Shown: in pieces, positions 1-9,488 of the stretch | How positions within the stretch are numbered: position 1 is the stretch's first letter | Layout: each line of letters starts with the position of its first letter | Source: Candidatus Micrarchaeota archaeon | Lineage (GTDB): Archaea > Micrarchaeota > Micrarchaeia > Anstonellales > Bilamarchaeaceae | DNA: 41,457 nt | Assembly (NCBI GenBank): GCA_032123335.1 | Contig: JAQBFN010000052.1 | Span: forward strand, 1-41,457 | Reading direction: 5' to 3' | Notes under the pieces: model-generated | The model's input: only the letters and a program-made list of their open reading frames with translations | What the model was told of the DNA's origin: nothing | The model's database searches: none | Made by a program: the position numbers and the translations under genes

Positions 1-410
<410 letters not shown>

Positions 411-613
411 TGTTTTACATCCTAAACTTGTTAGAGTACATTTCTTCTTAAGGAATCATGCGAGGTAATTTGTAATTCGCATGTACTATCTTTTCTCTTG
501 GCTCTTGAAGCATGAGTCGAACATGCGAGATGCATGCTCCTACCTAGTTGAAACACAACACATCGCGCATATTTCGGCGCAAATTAGGTGAACGCTATAT
601 TAGAAAGCTCCTG

Positions 614-626
614 TTTTTAAAGGTTG
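614..626 (-). promoter_or_regulatory. Putative BRE/TATA promoter of the rRNA transcript
   Basis: Minus strand reads CAACCTTTAAAAA about 200 nt upstream of the mature 16S 5' end; the leader between contains a hairpin (CATGCGA...TCGCATG). Confidence 0.5.
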
Positions 627-692
627 CTGCGCTTCGTCGGAAAAACTGAAAGCCGCTCAGATTTTTAAATTGTAACACATATATACACATAC

Positions 693-1064
693 ATGAACAT
701 CAGGGAGATGAAGCTCATTCAGGAACAGAAGGGGCCAGTAAGGAAAATTTTTGGGAAATTTGCAAAGCTTGCGGTTGCAGGCCTCATTCTGGTGAGCCCT
801 CCAATTCTTTCAGGCTGCTGCGAGAAAAAGCCGGTTGTGCGGATAGCCAGGCCCAGGATTCCCGAGGCTATGAAGGGATACACGGGATACCGGATTGTAG
901 GGCCGGAAAAACCTGCGGATGCAGGAGTGGAAGAAGAGCCTGGGGCATTATACCTTAAGGAAAACCCATTCCTGGAAGAAAAGCTGGAAGCAATGCCCAT
1001 TGATGAAAATCCATTTGCGGAAAACAAGGATGTGAAACCCCCTCTGATGGATGACCCGTACTGA
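693..1064 (+). CDS. Hypothetical, possibly lipoprotein-like secreted protein
   Basis: Basic N-region, hydrophobic stretch, LSGC lipobox-like motif and acidic Pro-rich tail; TTTTTAAA about 23 nt upstream suggests a leaderless transcript. Confidence 0.65.
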   Translation: MNIREMKLIQEQKGPVRKIFGKFAKLAVAGLILVSPPILSGCCEKKPVVRIARPRIPEAMKGYTGYRIVGPEKPADAGVEEEPGALYLKENPFLEEKLEAMPIDENPFAENKDVKPPLMDDPY

Positions 1065-1124
1065 CGGATTAATTTAAAAAACCTTGGTGGGCAGAAGTAT
1101 CCTTAATTTTCAATATTTAGTGAC

Positions 1125-1235
1125 TCACACTTTGTAGTTCCCAAACTGTGTGTGGCTCCCGGGCAACAGCCCGATTATCTGAGTCACACACAGTTTCCGG
1201 GCCTTTTGCCCGCTTATGCGAACTACAAAGTGTGA
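1125..1235 (+). ncRNA. Nested multi-stem structured element in the leader of the 1597-aa gene
   Basis: Perfect 16-bp outer stem (1125-1140/1220-1235), 16-bp inner stem with one G-U (1143-1158/1181-1196) and two CGGGC-loop-GCCCG hairpins (1160-1173, 1198-1212). The pairing is seen directly; function is unknown. Confidence 0.55.
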
Positions 1236-1276
1236 CATTCAGATAAGAATCTGGGCAGGTTCAAAAAAGTGAGTAA

Positions 1277-4200
1277 ATGAAGTGGCGCAGAGTAAATGAT
1301 ATCCGACCGGTTGGGAAAAAATCCATTGCGGGTGCACCAACAGCTGCAACAAGGATTGGACGGGCAGGGCTTAAAGCAAAAAGATTTTTTTCGGGAGTTC
1401 TTGCTGCAGGAATATTTGCTGCTGCCTTCGGTGCATCTGCGCAAGATATAAATACTACTAAGGCTACAAATTATAATAGTGGTGAAGAAATGGCGAGGCG
1501 TGTTGTCAAATCTCAGGATAAAATTAATGAAAGAATAGATTCACTTATCAAAGATGCACAAGCGGAGCTTAATAAGATGGGGCTTGGCAGTGAAGAGAAT
1601 TTACAGCTGGTTGCAACCCTTGGAAACTGCCTGAAAATAATGAACAATGAAAGCTACAGCCCAAAAGATGAAAAATTCATTGAAAGGCTCATGAATAAGG
1701 AGGAAATCCTGAAAGGTACGCACGGAGAGGATTCCTATGAGTACGTAGTGGAAAAGCTGCGGGAGCTGGTAAAGCCATCTGTTGATGTTGATTCACTTGA
1801 GGAGGAATATTCAGTTGTGGGAGTGATGGCGGAAGTACTCAGCAAGTATGAAAAGAGTGGGGGAAAGCCGGTATTTGAGGAGGGGACGCTTAATGATTCT
1901 AAGTATGGATTTTTGCGTGCATTGCTTGCGCAGGGGGTTCCTGCAGAAGAATATAATCGGGGGCCAGAAGCAAAGCCTGCAGACCTTTCTTCTGTTCCAA
2001 AAAAAGAGATTGAAGGGCCGCCCAGCACCAAGAAAGAGACAACCAATTATCCCTCATTTATAGAGGATATGTCGTTAACCAATCTGATTTCAGTTTACAA
2101 GGAGAACCCAAATGACTGGGCGCTCCAGAAAATGGTTTACAGAATTAATTATCTGGGCGATGAAAAATCAAAGCTTGGGCACGCGGAAGCGGATGCGGAA
2201 ATCGCGAAATTAAATAAGTGGATTGCGGACCTGGGGATAGAAACCAAGGGTGCTAATGATGTGCGGAAAGCGCTCTATGGAATTGCAATGGTGCGCAACG
2301 GCATGGCAATGCTGCACAATATGTACAATACTGTGGCTCCGGAAGACAAAACACTTACCAAATACCTTGATGCAGTTTCAAAAAATAAGAACCTGTTTGG
2401 AATTTACAAAAAATACCTTTCAGCTTTGGATGCAACTTCCGCAAACCTTTTTGAGGGAATCAAGACAAGCGATTCTGCATACATCAATAAAGTGCAGAAC
2501 AGGATTGATTCAAGGCTCGGGCTTGCGGAAGTGAAGAGGGCGCAGGCCCAGTGGTTTACGGATTATTTCCCAATGGTTTCCCCGCAGATGGAAGGCGCGG
2601 AAATGGGCCAGCTGGAAGCGCAGATGTATGACAAGATTTCAAACCTGAGCCCGATTGCGGCCCTTGCATTCTTCAAGTATCTTGAAACAGTTTACAGCAG
2701 CGGGCTGGACAGCATGGAAGAGAAAAGGCTTGTTGTGAGCACTGTTTCAAAGCTTAATGCGGTGAGCCCGACGCTTATCCCCAGGTATTTCCAGGCAATG
2801 CAGAACATTGCGGAGATTTGTGAAGGGGATGCAGATGTTTTCCGGGATGCGATGGCGGTTATTTCTACAAGGATAGATATGGAAACAAATCCGCTTACCT
2901 CAAAGCTTTCCCCTGCCTCTCTTTTCCCTGAGGGAATGAATGTGAGGAGAGTGGTTACGAGGCTGGATACTGCACTGCAGGAAATTGCGAAAATAGACAA
3001 GAGTGCGCTGAGCCAGTATGAAAGGATGGAGCTGATGGATGACAAGGTGTACATACACCAGGCTCCTCCGCACTCAATCGAGCAGAAGCCTCCGGGATAT
3101 ACTCCGAGGCTGCTTACTCCCTTGGATAGGGGAAGGAGATTTATCCCTCCATACTTTATGCCTTACAGGGTTCCGTTCCCTGCGACTGGGAGCCCGTATA
3201 CTGCAGGTGGGTTGAAGACTTCCCCGATGAGCTATGGGGGAGGGTTAACCATGCCGCAGTTCAGGCAGCTTTCCGTGCCCACCTGGGCTAGTGCGGTCGG
3301 GCAGGCATTTGAGAATTATGTGGAGCCGCAGCACCCATTGGTTCCGATTAATGAATACCTTCCTGGGGTGAACATTTCATCCCTTAGCCCTACACGGTTG
3401 ATTATGGAAATAAACAAGGCGTTTATCCCAACGGATATGCCTGAATATGGGGGTCCGCTTATAGGGGGCGGAGGCTTTGCAGGTGTTGCAGGGAAAAAAG
3501 CTGAGGAGGATTGGGATGTTGGAGCGGCCACTGCGGGTGCGCTTATCACTCCTACAGGAGGCGTACTATGGGGAGGCGGAGTAGAAGGGGAAGAGCGTGC
3601 GTTTGGAGGAATTGGAGCGCTTGCTGTGCCCATAGGAAAACTTCCGATTGCAAGCGGGGGAATGAGCGATGATGAAAAGGTTGCGGGGATAGACAGCGCG
3701 CTTGCGGGCTATGAGCAGTCGCTTGCTGCGGATGATGAGAGCAAAGAGCTTCTCATTAATACTGTTGCGACACACTGGAACCCAACAAACCCGAGCCAGA
3801 GCCTTGCGGTTGTGAACATGCTCGAGAATGTGGAAGGCAAGCAGGTAATGACTGCAAGGTACTACTACATACAGAAAGACGGAACAATCTTTGAGATTAA
3901 GGGGGGAAAGAATGATTTCGTTGATGCATTGAATTATGTTGCAGGGTTCGGGAACCAGGCATTTGATACTCCCACTACTTATGCATGGAACGTTGAGCCC
4001 ACAATAGATAGAGGGGGAGGCGCGATTGCATTTGATATTAAAGATACTGCATGGCTTGGGCACGTGCAGGCAGTCCCGTTCCTAAAGGAACAGGGAGCGG
4101 ACCAGCCGCTTCTTTTGCAGTGGACACCTGCGGAAGCAACAACCGTGAAGAAACTGGATGCAACCGGGAAAGTAAAATCAACGGATATTCATGTTATTGC

Positions 4201-6070
4201 GCTTCCTGGGAAAATGCTTACGATACAGAGAGAAGGAGAAGGGGGCGAAACATTTGAAGACAAGTATGTGCTCCAGGATGTCAATTATACCATGAGGAGA
4301 GTAAAGGAAAAGAGCGCCTGGGAGCTGGACATTGGTGCGGGGCTCGGGGAATCCACTGCAGGGGAAACCACTGAGCGCGAAGCTGAGGAAACAATGTTCG
4401 GGAGAGGAGGCTTCTTCATAAAAACCCAGAGCAGGGAAACCAAGTTTGACCGCGGGGGAGGGGGGCTGTTCTATGAGGCCGGCTCCTCAAACATGGAAGC
4501 AATGGCGCTTATGAGTGAGGCGGAAGGTGTGCAGCAGTATATACACAGCCTGCACAGGGTCGGGGCTACTCTTTACGGTGCAAAACACAGCGAAAAGAAA
4601 GATGGGCTTGTGATAGGTGGATTGATCCATGTTGTGGAGCAGCTCCAGGAAACAAGCGAGTATGAAGCTGGTTCCGGGGAAATTGAGCACAACCAGGTAT
4701 TCTGGAGGACCGTGGGGCTCATTAAGAGCCTTGAGAGCGGAAGCGGCGCAAGGCTGGACATAAGCAGGATTTCCGGGCTTGACCAGATGATGGCTGATTA
4801 TGAGGAGCTGCGCAGGGAAGCTGGAAACAACCCGATGCATGCAGGGGAGCTTACATCAGATTTCTATGAGAAATATGAAAAGTCACTAGAGAATGTATGG
4901 AATTACTACAACCTGGGAATACAGGTAAACAATGACTGGTCACTTGATGTTGTGCTCATTACCATTGAGGAAAATGAAGAGTGGTGGGAGCAGGACCTCA
5001 ACATGGTGCAGGGAAGGACGCTCGTGGACTGGGAAAGCGGATTCTGGAGAGCGTTTGCATCCGTTCCTGTATGGGGGCCGTACGGAACCCAGAGCGGAGA
5101 AGCAAGAGGAGTTGTGGGCACTGGAATAGGGCAGGAGTTGTTCAATGGTTTCTGGTTCCAGAGAGCCGCGATTGATGCGGGAGTGCTGCTTGTGAAAACA
5201 GTTGTGTCCGAAACGATTGAGGCAGAAGGGGAGGACTGGGTATGGAAAGAGCCGGGCGCATTTGTGCAGGGAGCCGTGCGGGTTTTCTCCAATATTCTGG
5301 ATGACGCGAATGATTACAGGAGGCTTATGACCGAGTACAATGAGTATGTGAGCCAGATAAGGAGGGGAAACTTCTCGGAGGTTCCTCCGGAAATAAGGAA
5401 CCAGATTTGCGATGCACTGGACACGGATGTTGTCCCGGAAACGCTTGTGGGTGAGATACGGGCCGGAGAGAACCGTGTAATAATGGAAAGCGTGCAGATG
5501 GCTGCTGTAGAGGATGAACTCTGGAGTGAATGGTTCTATAACCGGAAATCCGCAATACAGGACAAGTTTGATGGGCACGTTAGGGTGTATCTTGGTGCAA
5601 GTGGATATTTCTATTCGGACAAAACAAGGTGGGATGTTGCAACCTTTGTGGAGCATGTAAGCGGATTCAAGATATATGCAGCGGTTACCGGGACAACGGG
5701 GGAGATGATGACTGCGGAAGGCCCGGTGCGGCAGGATGAGGTTGGCGCATATACCGGTGCGGAGTTTGAGACCAAGGACTGGAGGATGGGTGTGATGGGG
5801 AACATCACGGATAATATGGACTATGGTGCAGCGCTTTCCCTCGAGTATAAATTCGGGCCAGAGGAATACGGATTCTTCAGGGTGGGGCTATACGGGTTTG
5901 TGCACAGCGAAACAATTCCGCAGTACACTGCACCCATGTACGAGCCGACAATACGTACTGCAATACCTGAGTTCGGGGCAGGGATGTACTTCCAGATTGG
6001 GGAAGGGTCGTATATGCCATACCCAATGAGCACGACTACTCCTACTGGAGAAACCCCCATAGGCCCATAG
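1277..6070 (+). CDS. Giant secreted hypothetical protein (helical N-half, Pro-rich linker, beta-strand-rich C-half)
   Basis: 1597-codon ORF with genome-typical codons; extended signal peptide ending GASA|QD; Gly/aromatic alternating segments in the C-terminal half. Confidence 0.9.
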   Translation: MKWRRVNDIRPVGKKSIAGAPTAATRIGRAGLKAKRFFSGVLAAGIFAAAFGASAQDINTTKATNYNSGEEMARRVVKSQDKINERIDSLIKDAQAELNKMGLGSEENLQLVATLGNCLKIMNNESYSPKDEKFIERLMNKEEILKGTHGEDSYEYVVEKLRELVKPSVDVDSLEEEYSVVGVMAEVLSKYEKSGGKPVFEEGTLNDSKYGFLRALLAQGVPAEEYNRGPEAKPADLSSVPKKEIEGPPSTKKETTNYPSFIEDMSLTNLISVYKENPNDWALQKMVYRINYLGDEKSKLGHAEADAEIAKLNKWIADLGIETKGANDVRKALYGIAMVRNGMAMLHNMYNTVAPEDKTLTKYLDAVSKNKNLFGIYKKYLSALDATSANLFEGIKTSDSAYINKVQNRIDSRLGLAEVKRAQAQWFTDYFPMVSPQMEGAEMGQLEAQMYDKISNLSPIAALAFFKYLETVYSSGLDSMEEKRLVVSTVSKLNAVSPTLIPRYFQAMQNIAEICEGDADVFRDAMAVISTRIDMETNPLTSKLSPASLFPEGMNVRRVVTRLDTALQEIAKIDKSALSQYERMELMDDKVYIHQAPPHSIEQKPPGYTPRLLTPLDRGRRFIPPYFMPYRVPFPATGSPYTAGGLKTSPMSYGGGLTMPQFRQLSVPTWASAVGQAFENYVEPQHPLVPINEYLPGVNISSLSPTRLIMEINKAFIPTDMPEYGGPLIGGGGFAGVAGKKAEEDWDVGAATAGALITPTGGVLWGGGVEGEERAFGGIGALAVPIGKLPIASGGMSDDEKVAGIDSALAGYEQSLAADDESKELLINTVATHWNPTNPSQSLAVVNMLENVEGKQVMTARYYYIQKDGTIFEIKGGKNDFVDALNYVAGFGNQAFDTPTTYAWNVEPTIDRGGGAIAFDIKDTAWLGHVQAVPFLKEQGADQPLLLQWTPAEATTVKKLDATGKVKSTDIHVIALPGKMLTIQREGEGGETFEDKYVLQDVNYTMRRVKEKSAWELDIGAGLGESTAGETTEREAEETMFGRGGFFIKTQSRETKFDRGGGGLFYEAGSSNMEAMALMSEAEGVQQYIHSLHRVGATLYGAKHSEKKDGLVIGGLIHVVEQLQETSEYEAGSGEIEHNQVFWRTVGLIKSLESGSGARLDISRISGLDQMMADYEELRREAGNNPMHAGELTSDFYEKYEKSLENVWNYYNLGIQVNNDWSLDVVLITIEENEEWWEQDLNMVQGRTLVDWESGFWRAFASVPVWGPYGTQSGEARGVVGTGIGQELFNGFWFQRAAIDAGVLLVKTVVSETIEAEGEDWVWKEPGAFVQGAVRVFSNILDDANDYRRLMTEYNEYVSQIRRGNFSEVPPEIRNQICDALDTDVVPETLVGEIRAGENRVIMESVQMAAVEDELWSEWFYNRKSAIQDKFDGHVRVYLGASGYFYSDKTRWDVATFVEHVSGFKIYAAVTGTTGEMMTAEGPVRQDEVGAYTGAEFETKDWRMGVMGNITDNMDYGAALSLEYKFGPEEYGFFRVGLYGFVHSETIPQYTAPMYEPTIRTAIPEFGAGMYFQIGEGSYMPYPMSTTTPTGETPIGP

Positions 6071-6117
6071 GAAAAATATTAAAAATGAGCATGTGATGGT
6101 ATGCTGAGGCTGAGACT

Positions 6118-6504
6118 ATGAAGCTTGAATATGTTGAATTTTATGCAGGGGATGTAAGAAGGAACAGCCCTAAGGCTCCGGAATCATTCAAAACAAATAT
6201 TTCCATTGCCGAAGCGCAGGCAAAGGGAGATACGCTGAATCTTACCTTTGATTATACGGCGGGATATGCGCCTGGGAACAGCGGGCTGCATTTAACCGGA
6301 AAGGCTGCATTTATCGGGAAGGATGCTGAAAAGGCCCAAAAGGAATGGGCAAAGAACAAGACGATTACTGGGGCTTCCGGGGAATATATAGTAAATGCGC
6401 TTTACTATCACGCCTCCTTGCATGCAATTCAGATTGCAAGGCTCTTTGGGCTTACTGCTCCCGTGGTTTTCCCGCAGATGAAGTTCGCGGGAAAGAAAAA
6501 GTAG
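6118..6504 (+). CDS. Hypothetical protein, possibly SecB-like fold
   Basis: 128 aa; four predicted beta-strands, then a helix and a terminal GLTAPVVFPQMKF motif reminiscent of the SecB C-terminal FPxLxLxPVNF region. Confidence 0.6.
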   Translation: MKLEYVEFYAGDVRRNSPKAPESFKTNISIAEAQAKGDTLNLTFDYTAGYAPGNSGLHLTGKAAFIGKDAEKAQKEWAKNKTITGASGEYIVNALYYHASLHAIQIARLFGLTAPVVFPQMKFAGKKK

Positions 6505-6586
6505 GCAAAATACCTTCTTAATTTTGCAAAAAGGCATGTGCCCATGGTTCAGAAGGATTATTTAAGTTTTTCTGATATATGGGGTT

Positions 6587-7168
6587 ATGGAGGACAGGCT
6601 TGCAACTGTGATCATAGTTCTTTTTGTGGCATCGCTGCTGATAGTGGCAGGCATGGGATTCTACGAGGCAGATGTGCAGATAGATGATGCTACGGATTAT
6701 GTGCTTGAGGATTTGGTGGGGAAATACCCGAATGCGGATGTTGCAGAACTGATGGACTGGGAAACCCTCCAAAATGAGAAAGGGGAAGACTACCTGAGGA
6801 TAAGGGCACGCGTTACTGAAGGGCTTTATACTCCGTGCCCCGTGAGGATACATTATTTCTACCATTACCCAATGCAGAACTTTGTTACGGACCCTCCGGA
6901 ATATATTACTACATCTGAGTGCACTGTATGTGAAGGGGCGGGATGCGTAATCGGGTTTGAGGAGGAGGCGCTAATTGCTTCGCACATGAACTCCGGTACG
7001 CAGAGTGTGCACAATTATGTAATGGCTTATGATGATGCGGTTCCTGTTGTTTACAGGGATGATGCTGGCTGGAAGGTGAAATGGGATTCCCCTTCTGCGC
7101 GCTTTGGGTACTTTGTTGAGATTGCAAAGAACGGGGAGATAACTAAAGTAGATACTGTGTACTACTAA
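6587..7168 (+). CDS. Hypothetical N-terminally membrane-anchored extracellular protein
   Basis: N-terminal TM/signal segment, acidic body and four Cys (TPCP; CTVCEGAGC). Confidence 0.8.
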   Translation: MEDRLATVIIVLFVASLLIVAGMGFYEADVQIDDATDYVLEDLVGKYPNADVAELMDWETLQNEKGEDYLRIRARVTEGLYTPCPVRIHYFYHYPMQNFVTDPPEYITTSECTVCEGAGCVIGFEEEALIASHMNSGTQSVHNYVMAYDDAVPVVYRDDAGWKVKWDSPSARFGYFVEIAKNGEITKVDTVYY

Positions 7169-7170
7169 AT

Positions 7171-8928
7171 CTAGTCTTTTGAGGAATAGTAATATTCGTT
7201 CTTTTCTCTCTGCTCCCGGTCTAAAACGCTGTGGGGCTTGTTTATTCTAGGCCTTTTGGAATCCTTGTCCCTGCGCATGGTTATTCCTGCCATTTTCAGG
7301 AAGGAGTTCATGCCTTCCCTCTTGCTTAATGGGGTGGAAGCGTGGCCGTGCACAGAGCTTTCTCCTTCGAATACCATTAATCTGTGCGCAATTGAATCTA
7401 CGAAAACCACATCGTGGTCTACAACGAATGCGCATTTTTCAGTTTCCGCAATTGTTCTGCGGAGCAGGTCGGAGAACCTTAATCTTTGCTCAACATCCAG
7501 GAATGCAGTGGGCTCATCAAATAGATAGATGTCTGCCTTTTGGGAAAGGGCTTGTGCAATTGAAACCCTTTGGAGCTCTCCCCCGGAAAGCTGGTCCAGG
7601 TCCTTTTCCATCAGTTTCATTAAGCCGAGTTCCCTTTTTGCGTTTTCTGCAATCTGCTTGTTTATGTTGCTTCCCATGAATAGCTGGAATACTGTGGTGT
7701 CTTTCTGGGGCTGAATGTACTGGGGCTTATAGGAGACCTTGAATTTTCCCGGCTCACCCTCATCCGGTTTTTCTATCCCTGCAAGCATCTTTACGAAAAT
7801 GGATTTTCCCAAAGCGTTTTTTCCTACAATTCCTACAATTTCTCCCTGGCGAATGTCTCCTTCATCCGAGGAAAATTTGAATCCTGTGAAGGATTTCTTC
7901 ATTGGGGAATAGGAGAACCTTGTTTGGGTGTGGGTTTCCCTTTCGCTGTACTTGCTGAAGGTGATTTCCCGGTCGCGGAACCTTATGTTTTCCTCCCTGA
8001 GGAATCCTGCGAGATATTCATTTATGCCTGCCCTTGTGCTTTTTACCCCTGAGGAGACACCATATGCGTTTTCCTCTCCATAGAAGATGTAAACATAATC
8101 GCTCATGTAGTCCAGGATTGCGAGGTCGTGCTCAACAACCACCATCTTTCTTCCTTCTGCGAAATCTTTCAGGATTAGGGAGGTGCGGAGGCGCTCCTCA
8201 ATATCCAGGTAGTTGCAGGGCTCGTCCAGATAATAGATGTGGGCATCCTTCAGGTAGGCTGCTGCTATGGATACGCGCTGGAGCTCTCCCCCGGAAAGCT
8301 GGGGGATTTTCCTTTTGAGTATTTTTTTCAGGTTGAATTTTTCCACTGCATCCGCATAAGCGTTCCTTTCGTCCATGGTTTTGAGGAGTTTTTCAACCGT
8401 TCCCTTGAATGCGTCCCTGAGCTTGTCCACCATCTGGGGCTTATAGGATACCTCCAGGGTGGTTTCGGTTTCGGATTCAAAGTAGCGGCGGGTTGCGATT
8501 GGGAGGCGTGCAAGTATTTCTGCATCCGTGAATTTTTTGGTGTGCTCACCGAAATTGGGCTTCAGTTTCTTGGAGAGGAGGTTGAGTGCGGTGGTTTTTC
8601 CGATTCCGTTCCTTCCCACGATTCCGCAGAGGCCTTCTGTGGGGAGCGGGAGGTTGTAAAGCCTGAATGAGTTTACCCCATACTGGTAGAGCGGATCCCC
8701 GGATTCCCCTGCGAGATTGATGATTGTGATTGCATCTACGGGGCATTTCTTTACACATAGCCCGCATCCGATGCAGAGGAATTCGTTTATTTGGGGGAAT
8801 TGGGTAGCCTTTTCGGTTACTATGCACTCTTCTCCCATCCTGTTCACTGGGCATACCTTCTCACACTGGTAACCGCACTTTTTGCGGGTGCATAAATCCC
8901 TGTCGAGGATTGCGATTCTTGGGCTCAT
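7171..8928 (-). CDS. rli: Ribosome recycling ATPase ABCE1/RLI
   Basis: N-terminal 2x[4Fe-4S] Cys pattern (CTRKKCGYQCEKVCP; CIGCGLCVKKCP) and two ABC domains (GRNGIGKT, LSGGELQR twice, RRD...RPRINK). Start may instead be the GTG at 8937. Confidence 0.97.
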   Translation of the reverse strand: MSPRIAILDRDLCTRKKCGYQCEKVCPVNRMGEECIVTEKATQFPQINEFLCIGCGLCVKKCPVDAITIINLAGESGDPLYQYGVNSFRLYNLPLPTEGLCGIVGRNGIGKTTALNLLSKKLKPNFGEHTKKFTDAEILARLPIATRRYFESETETTLEVSYKPQMVDKLRDAFKGTVEKLLKTMDERNAYADAVEKFNLKKILKRKIPQLSGGELQRVSIAAAYLKDAHIYYLDEPCNYLDIEERLRTSLILKDFAEGRKMVVVEHDLAILDYMSDYVYIFYGEENAYGVSSGVKSTRAGINEYLAGFLREENIRFRDREITFSKYSERETHTQTRFSYSPMKKSFTGFKFSSDEGDIRQGEIVGIVGKNALGKSIFVKMLAGIEKPDEGEPGKFKVSYKPQYIQPQKDTTVFQLFMGSNINKQIAENAKRELGLMKLMEKDLDQLSGGELQRVSIAQALSQKADIYLFDEPTAFLDVEQRLRFSDLLRRTIAETEKCAFVVDHDVVFVDSIAHRLMVFEGESSVHGHASTPLSKREGMNSFLKMAGITMRRDKDSKRPRINKPHSVLDREQREKNEYYYSSKD

Positions 8929-9011
8929 TCTAACCACAAATTCAATATAGTTGAGTTTGGGATATGTTAAAAAGGTTATACGTAGAATTTCAGCTCAAGT
9001 GCACTAAGTGG

Positions 9012-9061
9012 GAACAAAATTGCAAATTTTGTTCGCTTTGAAAATTCAATAGAATTTTCAA
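9012..9061. repeat. Two tandem perfect 10-bp inverted repeats in the divergent rli/alba intergenic region
   Basis: GAACAAAATT-GCA-AATTTTGTTC (9012-9034) and TTGAAAATTC-AATA-GAATTTTCAA (9038-9061). Confidence 0.8.
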
Positions 9062-9082
9062 TCAGGAACAAAGGTGAAGACT

Positions 9083-9397
9083 ATGGCAGAAGAAGCAGCT
9101 GAGAAAACCGAAGCAGCGACTGAGAAGAAAGACGAGAACACCGTTTTCGTCGGCAAAAAAGGCGTGATGAGCTATGTGCTTGCAGTGGTCACCCAATTCA
9201 ACAACGGGGCTGATATGGTGATGCTAAAGGCAAGGGGAAAGCTCATCTCAAGGGCAGTAGATGTTGCAGAGATTGTGAGGAACCGTTTCCTTCCAGAGGT
9301 ACAGGTTAAAGACATCCTCATAAAGACGGAAGAGCTTCCCTCTGAAGATGGGAGCATGAGCAAAGTATCCGCAATCGAAATTAGCCTTACAAAATAG
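9083..9397 (+). CDS. albA: DNA/RNA-binding protein Alba
   Basis: [17 protein letters not shown]...[21 protein letters not shown]...VSAIEI; GGTGA Shine-Dalgarno motif before ATG 9083. Confidence 0.97.
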   Translation: MAEEAAEKTEAATEKKDENTVFVGKKGVMSYVLAVVTQFNNGADMVMLKARGKLISRAVDVAEIVRNRFLPEVQVKDILIKTEELPSEDGSMSKVSAIEISLTK

Positions 9398-9400
9398 ATG

Positions 9401-9433
9401 GAGGGGTTCTAGCCCTCATTTATCTTCTTTTCC
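9401..9433 (+). terminator. Putative hairpin plus T-rich terminator after alba
   Basis: GAGGG...CCCTC stem followed by ATTTATCTTCTTTTCC. Confidence 0.45.
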
Positions 9434-9488
9434 GGTTTCCGCTAACATTAATAATGACTATTAAACAATATCAGCAAAAGTGGTATTC

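Noticed and set aside
1125..1250. Hammerhead ribozyme, tRNA or CRISPR interpretation of the nested element
   Set aside because: CTGA is not followed by NGA and no correctly placed GAAA exists; there is no T-loop or cloverleaf; there are no regularly spaced direct repeats.
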